DNA of 64,000 nt from Candidatus Harrisonbacteria bacterium (GTDB lineage: Bacteria > Patescibacteriota > Minisyncoccia > UBA6257 > 02-FULL-45-10c): contig JACROC010000007.1 of NCBI GenBank assembly GCA_016214655.1, forward strand, positions 14,785-78,784, in the 5' to 3' direction. This document shows positions 35,588-45,813 of the stretch, piece after piece. Made by a program: the position numbers and the translations under genes. The notes below the pieces were generated by a model that did not search any database, was not told the origin of the DNA, and worked only from the letters and a program-made list of their open reading frames with translations. The stretch's first letter is position 1. The number at the start of each line of letters is the position of its first letter.

Positions 35588-36166
35588 ATGTTAGAAGAGG
35601 AAAAAAAACATATTCAGCGGGCAAAGGGGGGAAATAAAGAGGCTTTTGGGCTTCTTTATGACCATTACTTGCCTAAAATATACAGGTTTATATTCTTGAA
35701 AGTGGCTAATCGGGCAGAGGCTGAAGATCTGGCGCATGAGGTGTTTTTAAATGCCTGGCAAAGTATCTATCGGTATAAAGACGAAGGATTCCCTTTTTCC
35801 AGCTGGCTCTATCAAATAGCCAAAAACGGCGTTATAGATTTTTACCGGACATCCAAAAAAAATATCCAATTGGAGGCCGTTAATGAAGAGTTGGTAAAAA
35901 TCAATGCTAATTATCCGGAAAATCTGGAAACGGCGCTGGCACTGGAAAAATTACAAAAAATCATTCGCCTGCTTAAACCAGAATACCAAGATGTTCTGAT
36001 AATGAGATTTGTGGAAGATATGTCGCATGAAGAAATTGCCGCTATCCTCAATAAAAGCGAGGGGGCGGTGCGGCTAATACAGCATCGTGCATTAAAAGAA
36101 TTAAAGTCTTTATACGAAAAAAATAGCCAATTAAACGACTATGGAACAACTACTCTCGAGGCTTAA
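35588..36166 (+). CDS. ECF (group 4) RNA polymerase sigma factor
   Basis: AEDLAHEVF, FSSWLYQIAKN, MSHEEIA..SEGAVR..HRAL. Confidence 0.92.
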   Translation: MLEEEKKHIQRAKGGNKEAFGLLYDHYLPKIYRFIFLKVANRAEAEDLAHEVFLNAWQSIYRYKDEGFPFSSWLYQIAKNGVIDFYRTSKKNIQLEAVNEELVKINANYPENLETALALEKLQKIIRLLKPEYQDVLIMRFVEDMSHEEIAAILNKSEGAVRLIQHRALKELKSLYEKNSQLNDYGTTTLEA

Positions 36167-36563
36167 GGCCATCGAACCAAATAAGGAATATCGAGAACGC
36201 TCACGGGTGCTAATTTTAAATTCCCAGCAAATTAGCTATCCGACTTTCTTTAATAGGATTTTGGATACCATTCAATATGGCGCCGCTTATAGCTTGGCGA
36301 TAATATTTATTTTCCTGCTAGTCGGAGGATTATCAATGTTTAGCCGCGGAATTTACTCTCCCGCCGTCATTTCCAACCTCGATCCTCAGACGCTAAAGGA
36401 GGAATCTGAAAATTTCGACATCCAAATTCAGCTTTCGCAGGCAGAATATTACGAAAACTCGGCAAAAACGATTGAAATTGCTCTGAATGCCACTTCCGAT
36501 GAAATTAAAACAAATAATGATAAAGAAAGGCTGGACGAACTCCTAAAAGAACTAACCCTATGA
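36141..36563 (+). CDS. single-TM protein, putative anti-sigma factor
   Basis: overlaps the sigma gene, one central TM. Confidence 0.55.
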   Translation: MEQLLSRLKAIEPNKEYRERSRVLILNSQQISYPTFFNRILDTIQYGAAYSLAIIFIFLLVGGLSMFSRGIYSPAVISNLDPQTLKEESENFDIQIQLSQAEYYENSAKTIEIALNATSDEIKTNNDKERLDELLKELTL

Positions 36564-37423
36564 ACATGATCTGTAACGTAAATTTCAAAAAACTCTTTCT
36601 GGTATTTACCGCAAGCCTTTTCCTGGGCTTGTTTTCGCCTTTTTCCCGTATCTATGCCCAAGAAAATCTGAAGTCGGTACTCCGGGAAGTCGCCGGGAAG
36701 ATTGAAGGTATCGGCGAAATTGAAAATAATCGCCTGTTAACTGACGAACAACGGGGGCAAAGAGAGGCCACGGCCCGCAAAGAGGCCTTGGGGAAAATTT
36801 TTGACCTTACCCTTTTGGAAGACAAAGATCTGAAAAACAAGCTCAATAATTTGGAAAATCTTTCAGAAGATCAGGAAACAGCGCGGGAAATACTTTTATC
36901 TATTTTTACCGAGAACGAAAATGCTTACCAAGAAATGCAGAAAAGGCTTGCGGCCGCCAAAACTCTGGAAGAAGTAAAGCGGCTTGCTGTTGATTTCAAA
37001 AATTGGAGAAATATAGTTTACAGCCCCAAAGTAGAAAAAATAATTTCTTTTGTGCTGGTTTTCCAGCAGCAAAAAACGCTGGCTATTGCCCAAGAAAGAT
37101 TGGCGAAAATCAAAGCCGATCTAGAGGAATTGGAAAATAGCGGATTGGTCACCAAAGAAGATACTGATAATCTCATTCAGATTGCGGAATCCAGTTTGCA
37201 AAAAGCCGAAGAAATTAACAAGCAAGCGGAGAAAAATAATATCCAGATAATCAACCAATCATTATACCCGCAAAATATGGCGCGTTCGCTTCTGGAAATA
37301 TTCGGCTTCAAAAATTCAGAGCCGCCAAAGGCCCTGGTGGCCAAATCGCTTGGCAAAATAAAAATAGCTTACGCCGCCTTTCTGGATATAAGCAATCTAG
37401 TCAAAGACAAAATCCAAAAATAA
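36560..37423 (+). CDS. secreted coiled-coil hypothetical protein
   Basis: signal peptide, helical charged sequence. Confidence 0.7.
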   Translation: MNMICNVNFKKLFLVFTASLFLGLFSPFSRIYAQENLKSVLREVAGKIEGIGEIENNRLLTDEQRGQREATARKEALGKIFDLTLLEDKDLKNKLNNLENLSEDQETAREILLSIFTENENAYQEMQKRLAAAKTLEEVKRLAVDFKNWRNIVYSPKVEKIISFVLVFQQQKTLAIAQERLAKIKADLEELENSGLVTKEDTDNLIQIAESSLQKAEEINKQAEKNNIQIINQSLYPQNMARSLLEIFGFKNSEPPKALVAKSLGKIKIAYAAFLDISNLVKDKIQK

Positions 37424-37452
37424 TCCCCACATGAATTTATGTGGGGATTATT

Positions 37453-37728
37453 TTATTTAACTGCTTCCTTTAGGGCTTTTCCGGCTCTGAATTTCGGCCG
37501 AACCGAAGCCGGGATCTGGAGTGTTTCTCCGGTTTTCGGATTTCTGCCTGTCCGGGCTGCGGCTTTAGCAGTCCGAAAAGTCCCAAAACCGGTTACCGTC
37601 ACCTCCTCTCCGCGCGAAAGAGACTTAGTAATAACCGCAAAAACAGCATCTGTAGCTATCTGCGCCTGTTTTTTTGTTTCACAATTGGCGACTTTCATTA
37701 CTACCTCAATAAGTCCTTCTTTAGTCAT
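37453..37728 (-). CDS. hup: DNA-binding protein HU
   Basis: GFGTF, RTGRNPKTGE, PKFRAGKALK. Confidence 0.95.
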   Translation of the reverse strand: MTKEGLIEVVMKVANCETKKQAQIATDAVFAVITKSLSRGEEVTVTGFGTFRTAKAAARTGRNPKTGETLQIPASVRPKFRAGKALKEAVK

Positions 37729-37905
37729 ATAAATTCAGTACGTAGTTCGTAGAACGTAGGGCGTAGATTTTTCTACGAACCACGGGCTATTGCCTACGAC
37801 CTAATAATTCGACCATTGTTTATTACTTATAAAGTTACTTTTAAGTATAACAAAATCTGTAATCTTTAAAAACAAAAACCGCTGGGCGAACCAGGCGGCA
37901 AGTGC

Positions 37906-38208
37906 TTAAAAAATTAAATTTCTAGGAATCGAAAATTCTCCTATGCAAATCCCTTCTTCTCCATCATAAAATACTAGAAAATTTCCTTTTCGCAATTCTT
38001 TTACATAATCTTTCATAGATTCTTCAACTGAAGAACCGCTACCATAAGTTTCGGGACCAAAATATATTCTTTTACGTTTCTTTAGTACCGTTGATCCCTC
38101 AAAAAAACATAAAAAATGAGAGTCTGGCGTTGATAATCTTTTAATCGTTAAAATCCTAGGAATAGAATCCGCAAACTCAAATAAGGTGACGCCTTTCTTT
38201 TTGGCCAT
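37906..38208 (-). CDS. hypothetical protein
   Basis: 100 aa, own TTGACA promoter and hairpin terminator. Confidence 0.55.
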   Translation of the reverse strand: MAKKKGVTLFEFADSIPRILTIKRLSTPDSHFLCFFEGSTVLKKRKRIYFGPETYGSGSSVEESMKDYVKELRKGNFLVFYDGEEGICIGEFSIPRNLIF

Positions 38209-38472
38209 CCTTCATCATTTTCTATTGAAATAATGCTACCTAATATATTAGTAAAAGTGTATCCGGATGTCAAATTTAAAATTCCCCCAAATAACAACTA
38301 AGCGAGGTTAGATTTTCCAAAGCTAAAATAAAACCAGCTTGATGCCTTCTGGAGCGAAGCCCGAGTCCGAAGGACGAGAGCGCGGAACGCGCATGGCGAG
38401 AGGGGTTGAGGAGCGAAATGACGAAATCGCCCGAGCGGAAGTGCTGTTGCCGTTTAAGAAAAGTTTTTCTCC

Positions 38473-39993
38473 TTACCGAGCCACCTCCACTGCGCGCATC
38501 TCCCGAATTACGTTCACCTTGATTTCACCCGGATATTTCATGTCGGTCTGTATTTTATTGGCAATATTCTTTGCCATCTCCAAAGCGCCGAAATCATCAA
38601 CTTTTTCCGGAATAACAAAGACTCTGATTTCCCGGCCGGCAGAAAGCGCGTAGGCATTCTTGACGCCGGCAAATCCAGTAGCGATTTTCTCAAGATCTTC
38701 TAAGCGCTTTATATAATTCTCAACCGTTCCCCGGCGAGCTCCCGGCCGTGCGGCAGATAAGACGTCAGCCGCCGTAACAATATAAGCCTCTGAATTGGAA
38801 TAGGGATATTCGTCATGATGCGATTGCATGGCCTTAACTACCTCTTCGTCAATATTGTATTTTTGCAAAAGCTTCCGTCCAAGTTCAACGTGAGTCCCTT
38901 GTACCTCATGATCAATCGCCTTTCCGATGTCATGTAGGAGAGCTCCTTTCTTGGCGACTTCGATATTAGCGCCAAGTTCCGCCGCCAGCATTGCGGCCAC
39001 ATGAGCCATCTCAATTGAATGCACTAATACGTTTTGGCCAAAACTGGTCCGGAAATATAATCTGCCCAACAACTGGACGATTTCTTTGGGCAATCCAACC
39101 ACTCCGACTTCCAAAGTGGCATTTTCTCCAATCTCCGTCATGCGTTTATTCAATTCCTGCCTGGCCTCTTCAACCTTTTCTTCAATCTTAGCCGGCTGAA
39201 TGCGCCCATCCTTTAACAGTTTCTCCAATGCCATCCTGGCAATTTCTCTCCGCAAGGGATCATAGGAAGAAAGCATTATGGTGTCTGGAGTTTCATCCAC
39301 CACGATTTCCACGCCAGTCAATCTTTCCAAAGTGCGGATATTTCTTCCTTCTCTGCCGATAATCTTTCCTTTTAATTCTTCATTTGGGAGATGAAAAACA
39401 CTAGTAGTCACATCAGCGACATGAGAACGGGCATAACGCTGAATTGCGGTAGTAATGATTCCCAAGCTGCGCTTTTCAATTTCTTCCCGCCTTTCAGTTT
39501 CCAGCTTGCTCATAGCGACTAATAAATCGTTTTTAGATTCCTCCTTAACTTTTTCCAAAAGTTGTTTTTTTGCATCTTCAAAAGACAAGCTGGCAACTTT
39601 TTCCAGTTCTTTCATTATTTTCTGCCGCAAATCATCGATAGCAGCTTTTTCGCCAACTAACCGCTTCATCTCTTCTTCCAAATTAAGTTTTTGAGAAGTG
39701 AAATCCGCCAGCTGTTTTTCCAGCGTTTCTTCTTTCTTTAAAATATGCTCTTGCAGCTTATCAAGCTGGGTCTTCCTGCTTTTTTCTTCAGTTTTAACTT
39801 CTTCTAAAAGTTTCGCCGCACGTTCTTTGGCATCTAAAACAACTTCCTTGGCTTGAGTTTTAGCTTCTTCCAGCCAATTTTTAATTCTCTGTTCAGCAGA
39901 ACTAGCTTGCCTTTGCGCAACGTACTGGCGAATAAAATACCCGGCGGCAATACCCAATAGCAAAAACACCCACACGAATGGATTGGTTAGCAT
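38473..39993 (-). CDS. rny: ribonuclease Y
   Basis: N-terminal TM, coiled coil, KH domain (KGKIIGREGRNI), HD domain (LLHDIGK), RPGARR. Confidence 0.97.
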   Translation of the reverse strand: MLTNPFVWVFLLLGIAAGYFIRQYVAQRQASSAEQRIKNWLEEAKTQAKEVVLDAKERAAKLLEEVKTEEKSRKTQLDKLQEHILKKEETLEKQLADFTSQKLNLEEEMKRLVGEKAAIDDLRQKIMKELEKVASLSFEDAKKQLLEKVKEESKNDLLVAMSKLETERREEIEKRSLGIITTAIQRYARSHVADVTTSVFHLPNEELKGKIIGREGRNIRTLERLTGVEIVVDETPDTIMLSSYDPLRREIARMALEKLLKDGRIQPAKIEEKVEEARQELNKRMTEIGENATLEVGVVGLPKEIVQLLGRLYFRTSFGQNVLVHSIEMAHVAAMLAAELGANIEVAKKGALLHDIGKAIDHEVQGTHVELGRKLLQKYNIDEEVVKAMQSHHDEYPYSNSEAYIVTAADVLSAARPGARRGTVENYIKRLEDLEKIATGFAGVKNAYALSAGREIRVFVIPEKVDDFGALEMAKNIANKIQTDMKYPGEIKVNVIREMRAVEVAR

Positions 39994-40086
39994 ATATTCT
40001 TTTGTTCGCTAAGTATTTCATTATTTAATGAATTTATTAGGAACTTGGTTTTTAATTAATTCGATTTTCTATATTATAATTTAACT

Positions 40087-41637
40087 ATGATGAAGCGTCA
40101 AGCAATTTTGGTCATTCTGGATGGCTGGGGCGTCGGCAGAAAAGACGAAACTAACCCCATTTACATTCAAGGCACGCCGAACATAGACTACATCAAAAAT
40201 TATTTTCTGGTTGGCTCACTTCAGGCATCGGGCATCTCTGTCGGCCTGCCCTGGAACGAAGAGGGTAACAGCGAAGTCGGCCATTTGACGATCGGCGCCG
40301 GTAAAGTGCTCTATCAGCATTTTCCAAGAATAACCATGTCCATCCAAGACGGCAGCTTCGCCAAAAACAAAGTGTTCCTTGATGCATTTGAGCATGTCAA
40401 AAATAGCGGCGGCGCCTTAAATATCGCCGGCCTCCTGACTGAGGGAAATATTCACGCTTCTTTTGAGCACCTAGTCGCCCTTATTAAATTAGCTAAGGCA
40501 TACCAAGTTTCTAAAATCAATCTGCATATATTTTCGGATGGCAAAGACAGCGATCCCAAATCTTGTTTAAAAATTTTAAAAAGACTGGAGGCGGCGGCAG
40601 ATGGCGGCTGGCGAATTGGCAGCATATCCGGCCGGCATTTTTCCCTAGACCGGGATAATCACTGGGACAGAACTGAAAAAGCTTATCAAGCATTAATAGG
40701 CAACGCCCCAACCGCCAATACCGTGGAAGAAGTAATAATGAAGACTTATGAAAATAATTCCAATGACCAGCACGTGGAACCGCATGTGATAGATCCGGAT
40801 GCGGCCATTAAAGATAACGACGCCTTGCTTTTTATTGATTTCCGGGAAGACAGCGTCCGGCAAATTACCTCGTCTTTTGTTTTAAAAGAATTCTCCGAAT
40901 TCCCGGTTAAACAATTTTTTAATCTTTATATCGGCACCATGACCAGCTATATGGATAAATTCAATGTTCCGGTCGCCTACCCGCCGGAAAAAGTCGATAA
41001 TCCACTTGCCAAAGTCCTGGCAGACAACAGTAAATCACAACTGCATATTGCGGAAACCGAAAAATACGCTCACGTAACTTATTTTTTCAACGGATTAAAA
41101 GAACAGCAATTTCCTAATGAATACAGAGTTTTAATACCATCCCGAATGGTAGTAAGCCACGATGAAAAACCGGAAATGCAAGCGGCGGAAATTACCTCGC
41201 GGGTCATACAGGCAATTGAAGAAAAGGCATTTGATTTTATATTAGTTAATTACGCTAATGGGGATATGATAGCGCATACCGGCAATTACGAAGCGGCGAG
41301 GGTTGCAATAAAGACAGTTGATGATTCTCTTGGGGCGCTCATTCGCACCGCGCTCCAGAATAATGCGGTCTTAATCATTACCTCCGATCATGGCAATGCT
41401 GAATCAATGCTTAACCCGCGAACCGGCGAAGCCACTACTACCCATGATCCGAATCCAGTCCCGATCTATATTATCGGAAACGAGTTTGTAAAACAAAAAT
41501 CTCCCGGTGATATAGAAACTTCCGAAAGAGAAACGGCTGGAATTTTATCCGATGTCTCGCCAACTATTCTGGAAATCTTAGACATCCCAAAGCCGCTAGA
41601 AATGACCGGCCAAAGCCTGCTAAAAATTTTAAAATAA
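40087..41637 (+). CDS. gpmI: 2,3-bisphosphoglycerate-independent phosphoglycerate mutase
   Basis: ILDGWG, GNSEVGH, AETEKYAHVT, DHGNAE. Confidence 0.97.
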   Translation: MMKRQAILVILDGWGVGRKDETNPIYIQGTPNIDYIKNYFLVGSLQASGISVGLPWNEEGNSEVGHLTIGAGKVLYQHFPRITMSIQDGSFAKNKVFLDAFEHVKNSGGALNIAGLLTEGNIHASFEHLVALIKLAKAYQVSKINLHIFSDGKDSDPKSCLKILKRLEAAADGGWRIGSISGRHFSLDRDNHWDRTEKAYQALIGNAPTANTVEEVIMKTYENNSNDQHVEPHVIDPDAAIKDNDALLFIDFREDSVRQITSSFVLKEFSEFPVKQFFNLYIGTMTSYMDKFNVPVAYPPEKVDNPLAKVLADNSKSQLHIAETEKYAHVTYFFNGLKEQQFPNEYRVLIPSRMVVSHDEKPEMQAAEITSRVIQAIEEKAFDFILVNYANGDMIAHTGNYEAARVAIKTVDDSLGALIRTALQNNAVLIITSDHGNAESMLNPRTGEATTTHDPNPVPIYIIGNEFVKQKSPGDIETSERETAGILSDVSPTILEILDIPKPLEMTGQSLLKILK

Positions 41638-41646
41638 GAAAACCGC

Positions 41647-41931
41647 TTAACGGCGGTTTTTATTTAATATCCCATCGGATTCAAGAGAAACTGCGAAATA
41701 CCAAAGATCAACAATTGTTATCATGTGTTTATCACCAACCCTTCGCCCTCTCAATTTCCGATTTCTTAAAGCGTGCAAAATTCTCTTTTCCGGGATTCCC
41801 GAAACAAAGGAGGCTTTACCGAGATCAACTTCCGGAAATGGCTCAACTCCGGCTTCTGCGAATTTCTTGGCAACATTATTTTCGGCCCGCATACCAATCT
41901 GATTATAAATATCGCCGCGAGTTCTTGACAT
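41647..41931 (-). CDS. small HTH_17/excisionase-like DNA-binding protein
   Basis: helix-turn-helix-like segment then KLRGRRVGDKHMI wing. Confidence 0.5.
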   Translation of the reverse strand: MSRTRGDIYNQIGMRAENNVAKKFAEAGVEPFPEVDLGKASFVSGIPEKRILHALRNRKLRGRRVGDKHMITIVDLWYFAVSLESDGILNKNRR

Positions 41932-41970
41932 TGCTATCCCTTATCTCTATTTTGTGAGTAACTGAAATAT

Positions 41971-43248
41971 ATGATAGCTAATATTGTTACAAAAATCAAA
42001 AATGCCCCAAAAGATTCGGGTGTCTATATATTTTATTCTGGAAAAGAAGTTCTTTATATCGGGAAGGCTTCCAATCTGAAAAATCGTCTTCAAAGCTATC
42101 TGAAAATAACTGATTTTAAAACTGAGGCTCTGCATCGTGAAGCCAACAACTTAAAAATTTTTAAACTCAGCTCAAATATCGAAGCACTCATTACAGAGTC
42201 CCAGCTGATTAAAAATCTGAAACCGATCTACAATGTTCTCTGGCGCGATGATAAAAATTACTTTTATGTCGCTATCACCAAAGATAAATTTCCAAGAATA
42301 TTTTTATCTCATCAGCTCAATGAATATCCCGGCGCTAATTACATCGGGCCATTTACCGAAGGACGGGCAATTAAAGTAATTCTGCGCCTGCTTAGAAAAT
42401 TCTTTCCGTATTGCACCCACAATCAACACTTGCGACTTTGCCTCGACGCCCAAATCAACAACTGTCCCGGATACTGCTGCCAGAAAAATAACCAACAGCC
42501 GACAACTAACAACTTACACCTGATTAAAAAATATAATAAAAATATCCGAAAGATAAAAAATATTCTTACCGGCAAAAATAAAAATTTCATCCACCAACTT
42601 AAGGATCCGTATGAATTACTGGTCTTAGAAAAAATCTGGGCGCATGAACCATATCTCGAGGGTGGAGGGTTAAGGGTTAAGGGTTTAGAAGATAAAAACA
42701 GTAAAGAAAAAAACCTATATCCTAATCCCTATCCCCTAAACCCTAACAAGGTAGAATGCTACGATAACTCCCATCTCTCCGGCAAAGAAGCTGTGGGAGC
42801 GATGACTGCTTGGGTGAGACAAAAAAACGAAAAAACAGAAGAACAAAAGAACAAATGGGAAGCAGAAAAAAATATGTGGCGAAAATTTAAAATCAAAGGC
42901 AGTTATACAGAAGACGATCCGCGGATGATGGAAGAGGTCGTCTCTCGCCGGCTAAATCACCCGGAATGGCCATATCCAGACCTGATTATTATTGATGGAG
43001 GAATCACACAGTTTAATGCGGCTAAAAAAGCAATCCAAAGGTCAAATGTCAAAGGTCAGGCGTCAAATGTTATCAAAGTTATTTCTTTCGCTAAACCGCA
43101 GCAATTGATTTTCGGCTTAGAAAAAAATCCGATTCCGATTACCAAGCTTCCGGAAGAATTCCAAAAACTTATCGGAATGGCAATTCAAAATACCCATAAT
43201 TTCGCGATCCGCTACCACCGGAAAATTCGGTCACGCAACATGCTATAA
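41971..43248 (+). CDS. uvrC: excinuclease ABC subunit C (short, no HhH tail)
   Basis: GIY-YIG (GVYIF..LYIGKA), ECYDNSH, PDLIIIDGG, HNFAIRYHR. Confidence 0.9.
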   Translation: MIANIVTKIKNAPKDSGVYIFYSGKEVLYIGKASNLKNRLQSYLKITDFKTEALHREANNLKIFKLSSNIEALITESQLIKNLKPIYNVLWRDDKNYFYVAITKDKFPRIFLSHQLNEYPGANYIGPFTEGRAIKVILRLLRKFFPYCTHNQHLRLCLDAQINNCPGYCCQKNNQQPTTNNLHLIKKYNKNIRKIKNILTGKNKNFIHQLKDPYELLVLEKIWAHEPYLEGGGLRVKGLEDKNSKEKNLYPNPYPLNPNKVECYDNSHLSGKEAVGAMTAWVRQKNEKTEEQKNKWEAEKNMWRKFKIKGSYTEDDPRMMEEVVSRRLNHPEWPYPDLIIIDGGITQFNAAKKAIQRSNVKGQASNVIKVISFAKPQQLIFGLEKNPIPITKLPEEFQKLIGMAIQNTHNFAIRYHRKIRSRNML

Positions 43249-43255
43249 TCAATTT

Positions 43256-43615
43256 ATGGGCTTTATTTCAAGAATTATCTTTTCTTTCTTTTCTAATCTT
43301 ATTGCGCTGGTAGTAGCCGGAAACTTCATACCCGGATTCGAATTAACTGATAATTTCGTGAATCTTTTAATTACGGCCGGTGTTTTTATGCTTATCAATA
43401 TTTACATCCGGCCATTGATAAAAATGATTCTGTCCCCGTTAGTGATTCTGACTCTCGGCCTATTTACCTTGGTTATTAATGCCGGGATGCTCTACCTCCT
43501 TGACATTCTCAGTGAGAATGTTACAATAACAGGAATTGAACCTCTTATATACGGAACTTTGCTTATGACGGGCGTAAATCTTTTACTCCATTTTTCGGCA
43601 AAATTCTTATCTTAA
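43256..43615 (+). CDS. 4-TM phage-holin-like (YvlD family) membrane protein
   Basis: IRPLIK.I..P..ILTLGLF.LVINA. Confidence 0.85.
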   Translation: MGFISRIIFSFFSNLIALVVAGNFIPGFELTDNFVNLLITAGVFMLINIYIRPLIKMILSPLVILTLGLFTLVINAGMLYLLDILSENVTITGIEPLIYGTLLMTGVNLLLHFSAKFLS

Positions 43616-43627
43616 TAACTAGCCATT

Positions 43628-43843
43628 ATGTATCTTCCAATTGCACAGGTAACAGTTTCAATTCTTTTAATAGTCTTAATACTGCTCCAAGAGCGGTCTT
43701 CTGGTTTATCCGGAGTTTTTGGGGGTGAAAGCGAGGGATCCTTTTATCACACCCGGCGAGGATTAGAAAAACTTATCTTCTGGGGCACAATTTTGTTATC
43801 AACGGCCTTTGCCGCCTTAGCTCTTCTTGACCTAATCTTATAA
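43628..43843 (+). CDS. secG: preprotein translocase subunit SecG
   Basis: LILLQ..SGLSGVFGG..TRRGLEK. Confidence 0.92.
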   Translation: MYLPIAQVTVSILLIVLILLQERSSGLSGVFGGESEGSFYHTRRGLEKLIFWGTILLSTAFAALALLDLIL

Positions 43844-43916
43844 ACTTCAAGTAGGATGGATTTTGGCCTGCAAGAATCAGTTTCATTAGTAAGCGGCACA
43901 CTGCTTTTAATCTGAA

Positions 43917-45575
43917 ATGAATCGTCTATATCAAATTTTTAATAGTTTTACGAAAACCGAACGGTATATATTTTGGGCGGCATTTTCTATTTTTTTAGCC
44001 GCCAGTGCACTCTGGACCATCTTTACCATTCGGAATTCCACCGTAGAAGTTCCAGTCAGGAGCAGCCGTTATCAGGAGGGCGTTGTCGGCCAGCCCATTG
44101 CCATCAATCCGATACTAGCCGGAACTAATGATGTCGACCGCGATCTTATTGAGCTTTTATTCGACGGATTAATCAATCTTTCCGAGAACTACAAAGTCAG
44201 CGCCGACGGCCAAACTTGGAATGTAATCTTAAAACCGGACCTCCGCTGGAGCAACGGAAAATCGCTTACCAGCGACGATGTAATTTTCACCATTGATGCC
44301 ATACAAAATTCCGACAGCCGTTCGCCGCTATTTTTAACCTGGCAAGGAATAGTAGTAGACCGGATCAGCGAGCGAGAGGTTGAATTTACCCTTAGAACTC
44401 CGTATGCCTTTTTCCTAGATAACCTCAAAGATCTGAAAATTATTCCAAAGCATATTTTCGGAACCATACCGGTAGAAAACTTTCGGTTATCCAATTTTAA
44501 TCTTGAACCTACCGGCAATGGTCCGTATAAATATATCTCCTTTGAAAAGCGCAGTGATGGCTTTATAACTGATTATCTGTTGGCATCTAACGAGTATTTT
44601 ACGGGCGAAAAACCCTACATTAAAGAATTGACTGTCAGATTCTATCAAGACAGTAATCAGCTGCTTAAGGCCTTTAATCGCAAAAAGGTTGATGGTTTCG
44701 GCGGCCTGAATCCAAATAACCTCAAAGAATTAAAGCTGGGATATAAATTATTCGAAAAATCAATTCCGCAATATTATGCCATTTTCATCAACAAGAATAG
44801 CGCCCCCACTCTTGCTAACCAGAAAATTTTATCGGCGTTGAATTTAGCTACTGACAAACAAAAAATCGTCGATCAAATTTTCGGCAACAAAGCAACCGTG
44901 ATAAACGAACCAATTTTACCGATTATAAACGGTTACGAACTATCCGCGGATCCCGGCAATGAATTTTCTATCGAAAGAGCGGGTTCTCTATTAGATGAAG
45001 AGGGGTGGTTAAAAAATGAAAAAACTGGTGTCCGGGAGAAGAAAATCGGAAAACAACTGGCATCACTGGAGTATTCTATTGTTGTGCCGCAGATACCATT
45101 CCTTGTAGAAACTGTAAATATTATTAGAAGCGATTGGGAAAAAATAGGAATAAAATTAAACCCGATAATTTTAAACCCCGCTGATATCGCTAATGAAGTA
45201 ATAAAAACTAGAAATTACCAAATGATAATTTTCGGAAATATCTTAAGAAATAATCCGGATATTTTTTCCTTCTGGCATTCCTCGGAAAGATTTTATCCGG
45301 GCCTCAACTTGGCCCTCTACGACAATAAAAAGGTCGACGCCCTGCTGGAATCCATCCGGAAAAATCCGGATGAAAATTCCAGAAAGGATGATCTAGTTAA
45401 ATTGCAAAAATTAATCAGCGAGGATAAGCCGGCGATCTTTCTCTATTCGCCAGCCTATCTTTATGCGGGACCAAAAAATCTTGGGGGGGTTGAAGAAAAA
45501 ATCATTACTACCCCATCAAAGCGATTCCAAGACATCAACAAATGGTATCTAGAAACGCGGCGAGTCTTTAAATAA
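43917..45575 (+). CDS. peptide ABC transporter substrate-binding protein (family 5)
   Basis: WSNGKSLTSDDVIFT, PTGNGPY, WEKIGIK. Confidence 0.9.
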   Translation: MNRLYQIFNSFTKTERYIFWAAFSIFLAASALWTIFTIRNSTVEVPVRSSRYQEGVVGQPIAINPILAGTNDVDRDLIELLFDGLINLSENYKVSADGQTWNVILKPDLRWSNGKSLTSDDVIFTIDAIQNSDSRSPLFLTWQGIVVDRISEREVEFTLRTPYAFFLDNLKDLKIIPKHIFGTIPVENFRLSNFNLEPTGNGPYKYISFEKRSDGFITDYLLASNEYFTGEKPYIKELTVRFYQDSNQLLKAFNRKKVDGFGGLNPNNLKELKLGYKLFEKSIPQYYAIFINKNSAPTLANQKILSALNLATDKQKIVDQIFGNKATVINEPILPIINGYELSADPGNEFSIERAGSLLDEEGWLKNEKTGVREKKIGKQLASLEYSIVVPQIPFLVETVNIIRSDWEKIGIKLNPIILNPADIANEVIKTRNYQMIIFGNILRNNPDIFSFWHSSERFYPGLNLALYDNKKVDALLESIRKNPDENSRKDDLVKLQKLISEDKPAIFLYSPAYLYAGPKNLGGVEEKIITTPSKRFQDINKWYLETRRVFK

Positions 45576-45596
45576 AAATCATTACCAATAATATTT

Positions 45597-45680
45597 GCCC
45601 CCGTGGCGGAACTGGCAGACGTACACGCTTCAGGTGCGTGCGGCCGAAAGGCCATAGAGGTTCAAATCCTCTCGGGGGCA
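45597..45680 (+). tRNA. tRNA-Leu (CAG)
   Basis: GCCCCCG..CGGGGGC-A; CACGC TT-CAG-GT GCGTG; long variable arm. Confidence 0.95.
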
Positions 45681-45703
45681 CGAAAATTAATAATTAACAA
45701 ACG

Positions 45704-45800
45704 CGATACCAATATACTAATACGTACGAATTATACTAATAATACTAATTTGATTCGTATTATTCGTATCATTAGCATGAATTCGTATATTAGTATCGCA
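45704..45800. repeat. imperfect inverted array of short AT-rich repeats
   Basis: ATACTAAT/TACGAAT units followed by complementary ATTCGTAT/ATTAGTAT units. Confidence 0.65.
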
Positions 45801-45813
45801 ATAGCGTAAGCAT

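Noticed and set aside
41647-43615. Prophage suggested by the excisionase-like and holin-like genes
   Set aside because: Both sit among housekeeping genes with no phage structural, terminase or integrase genes; this holin family is common in chromosomes.
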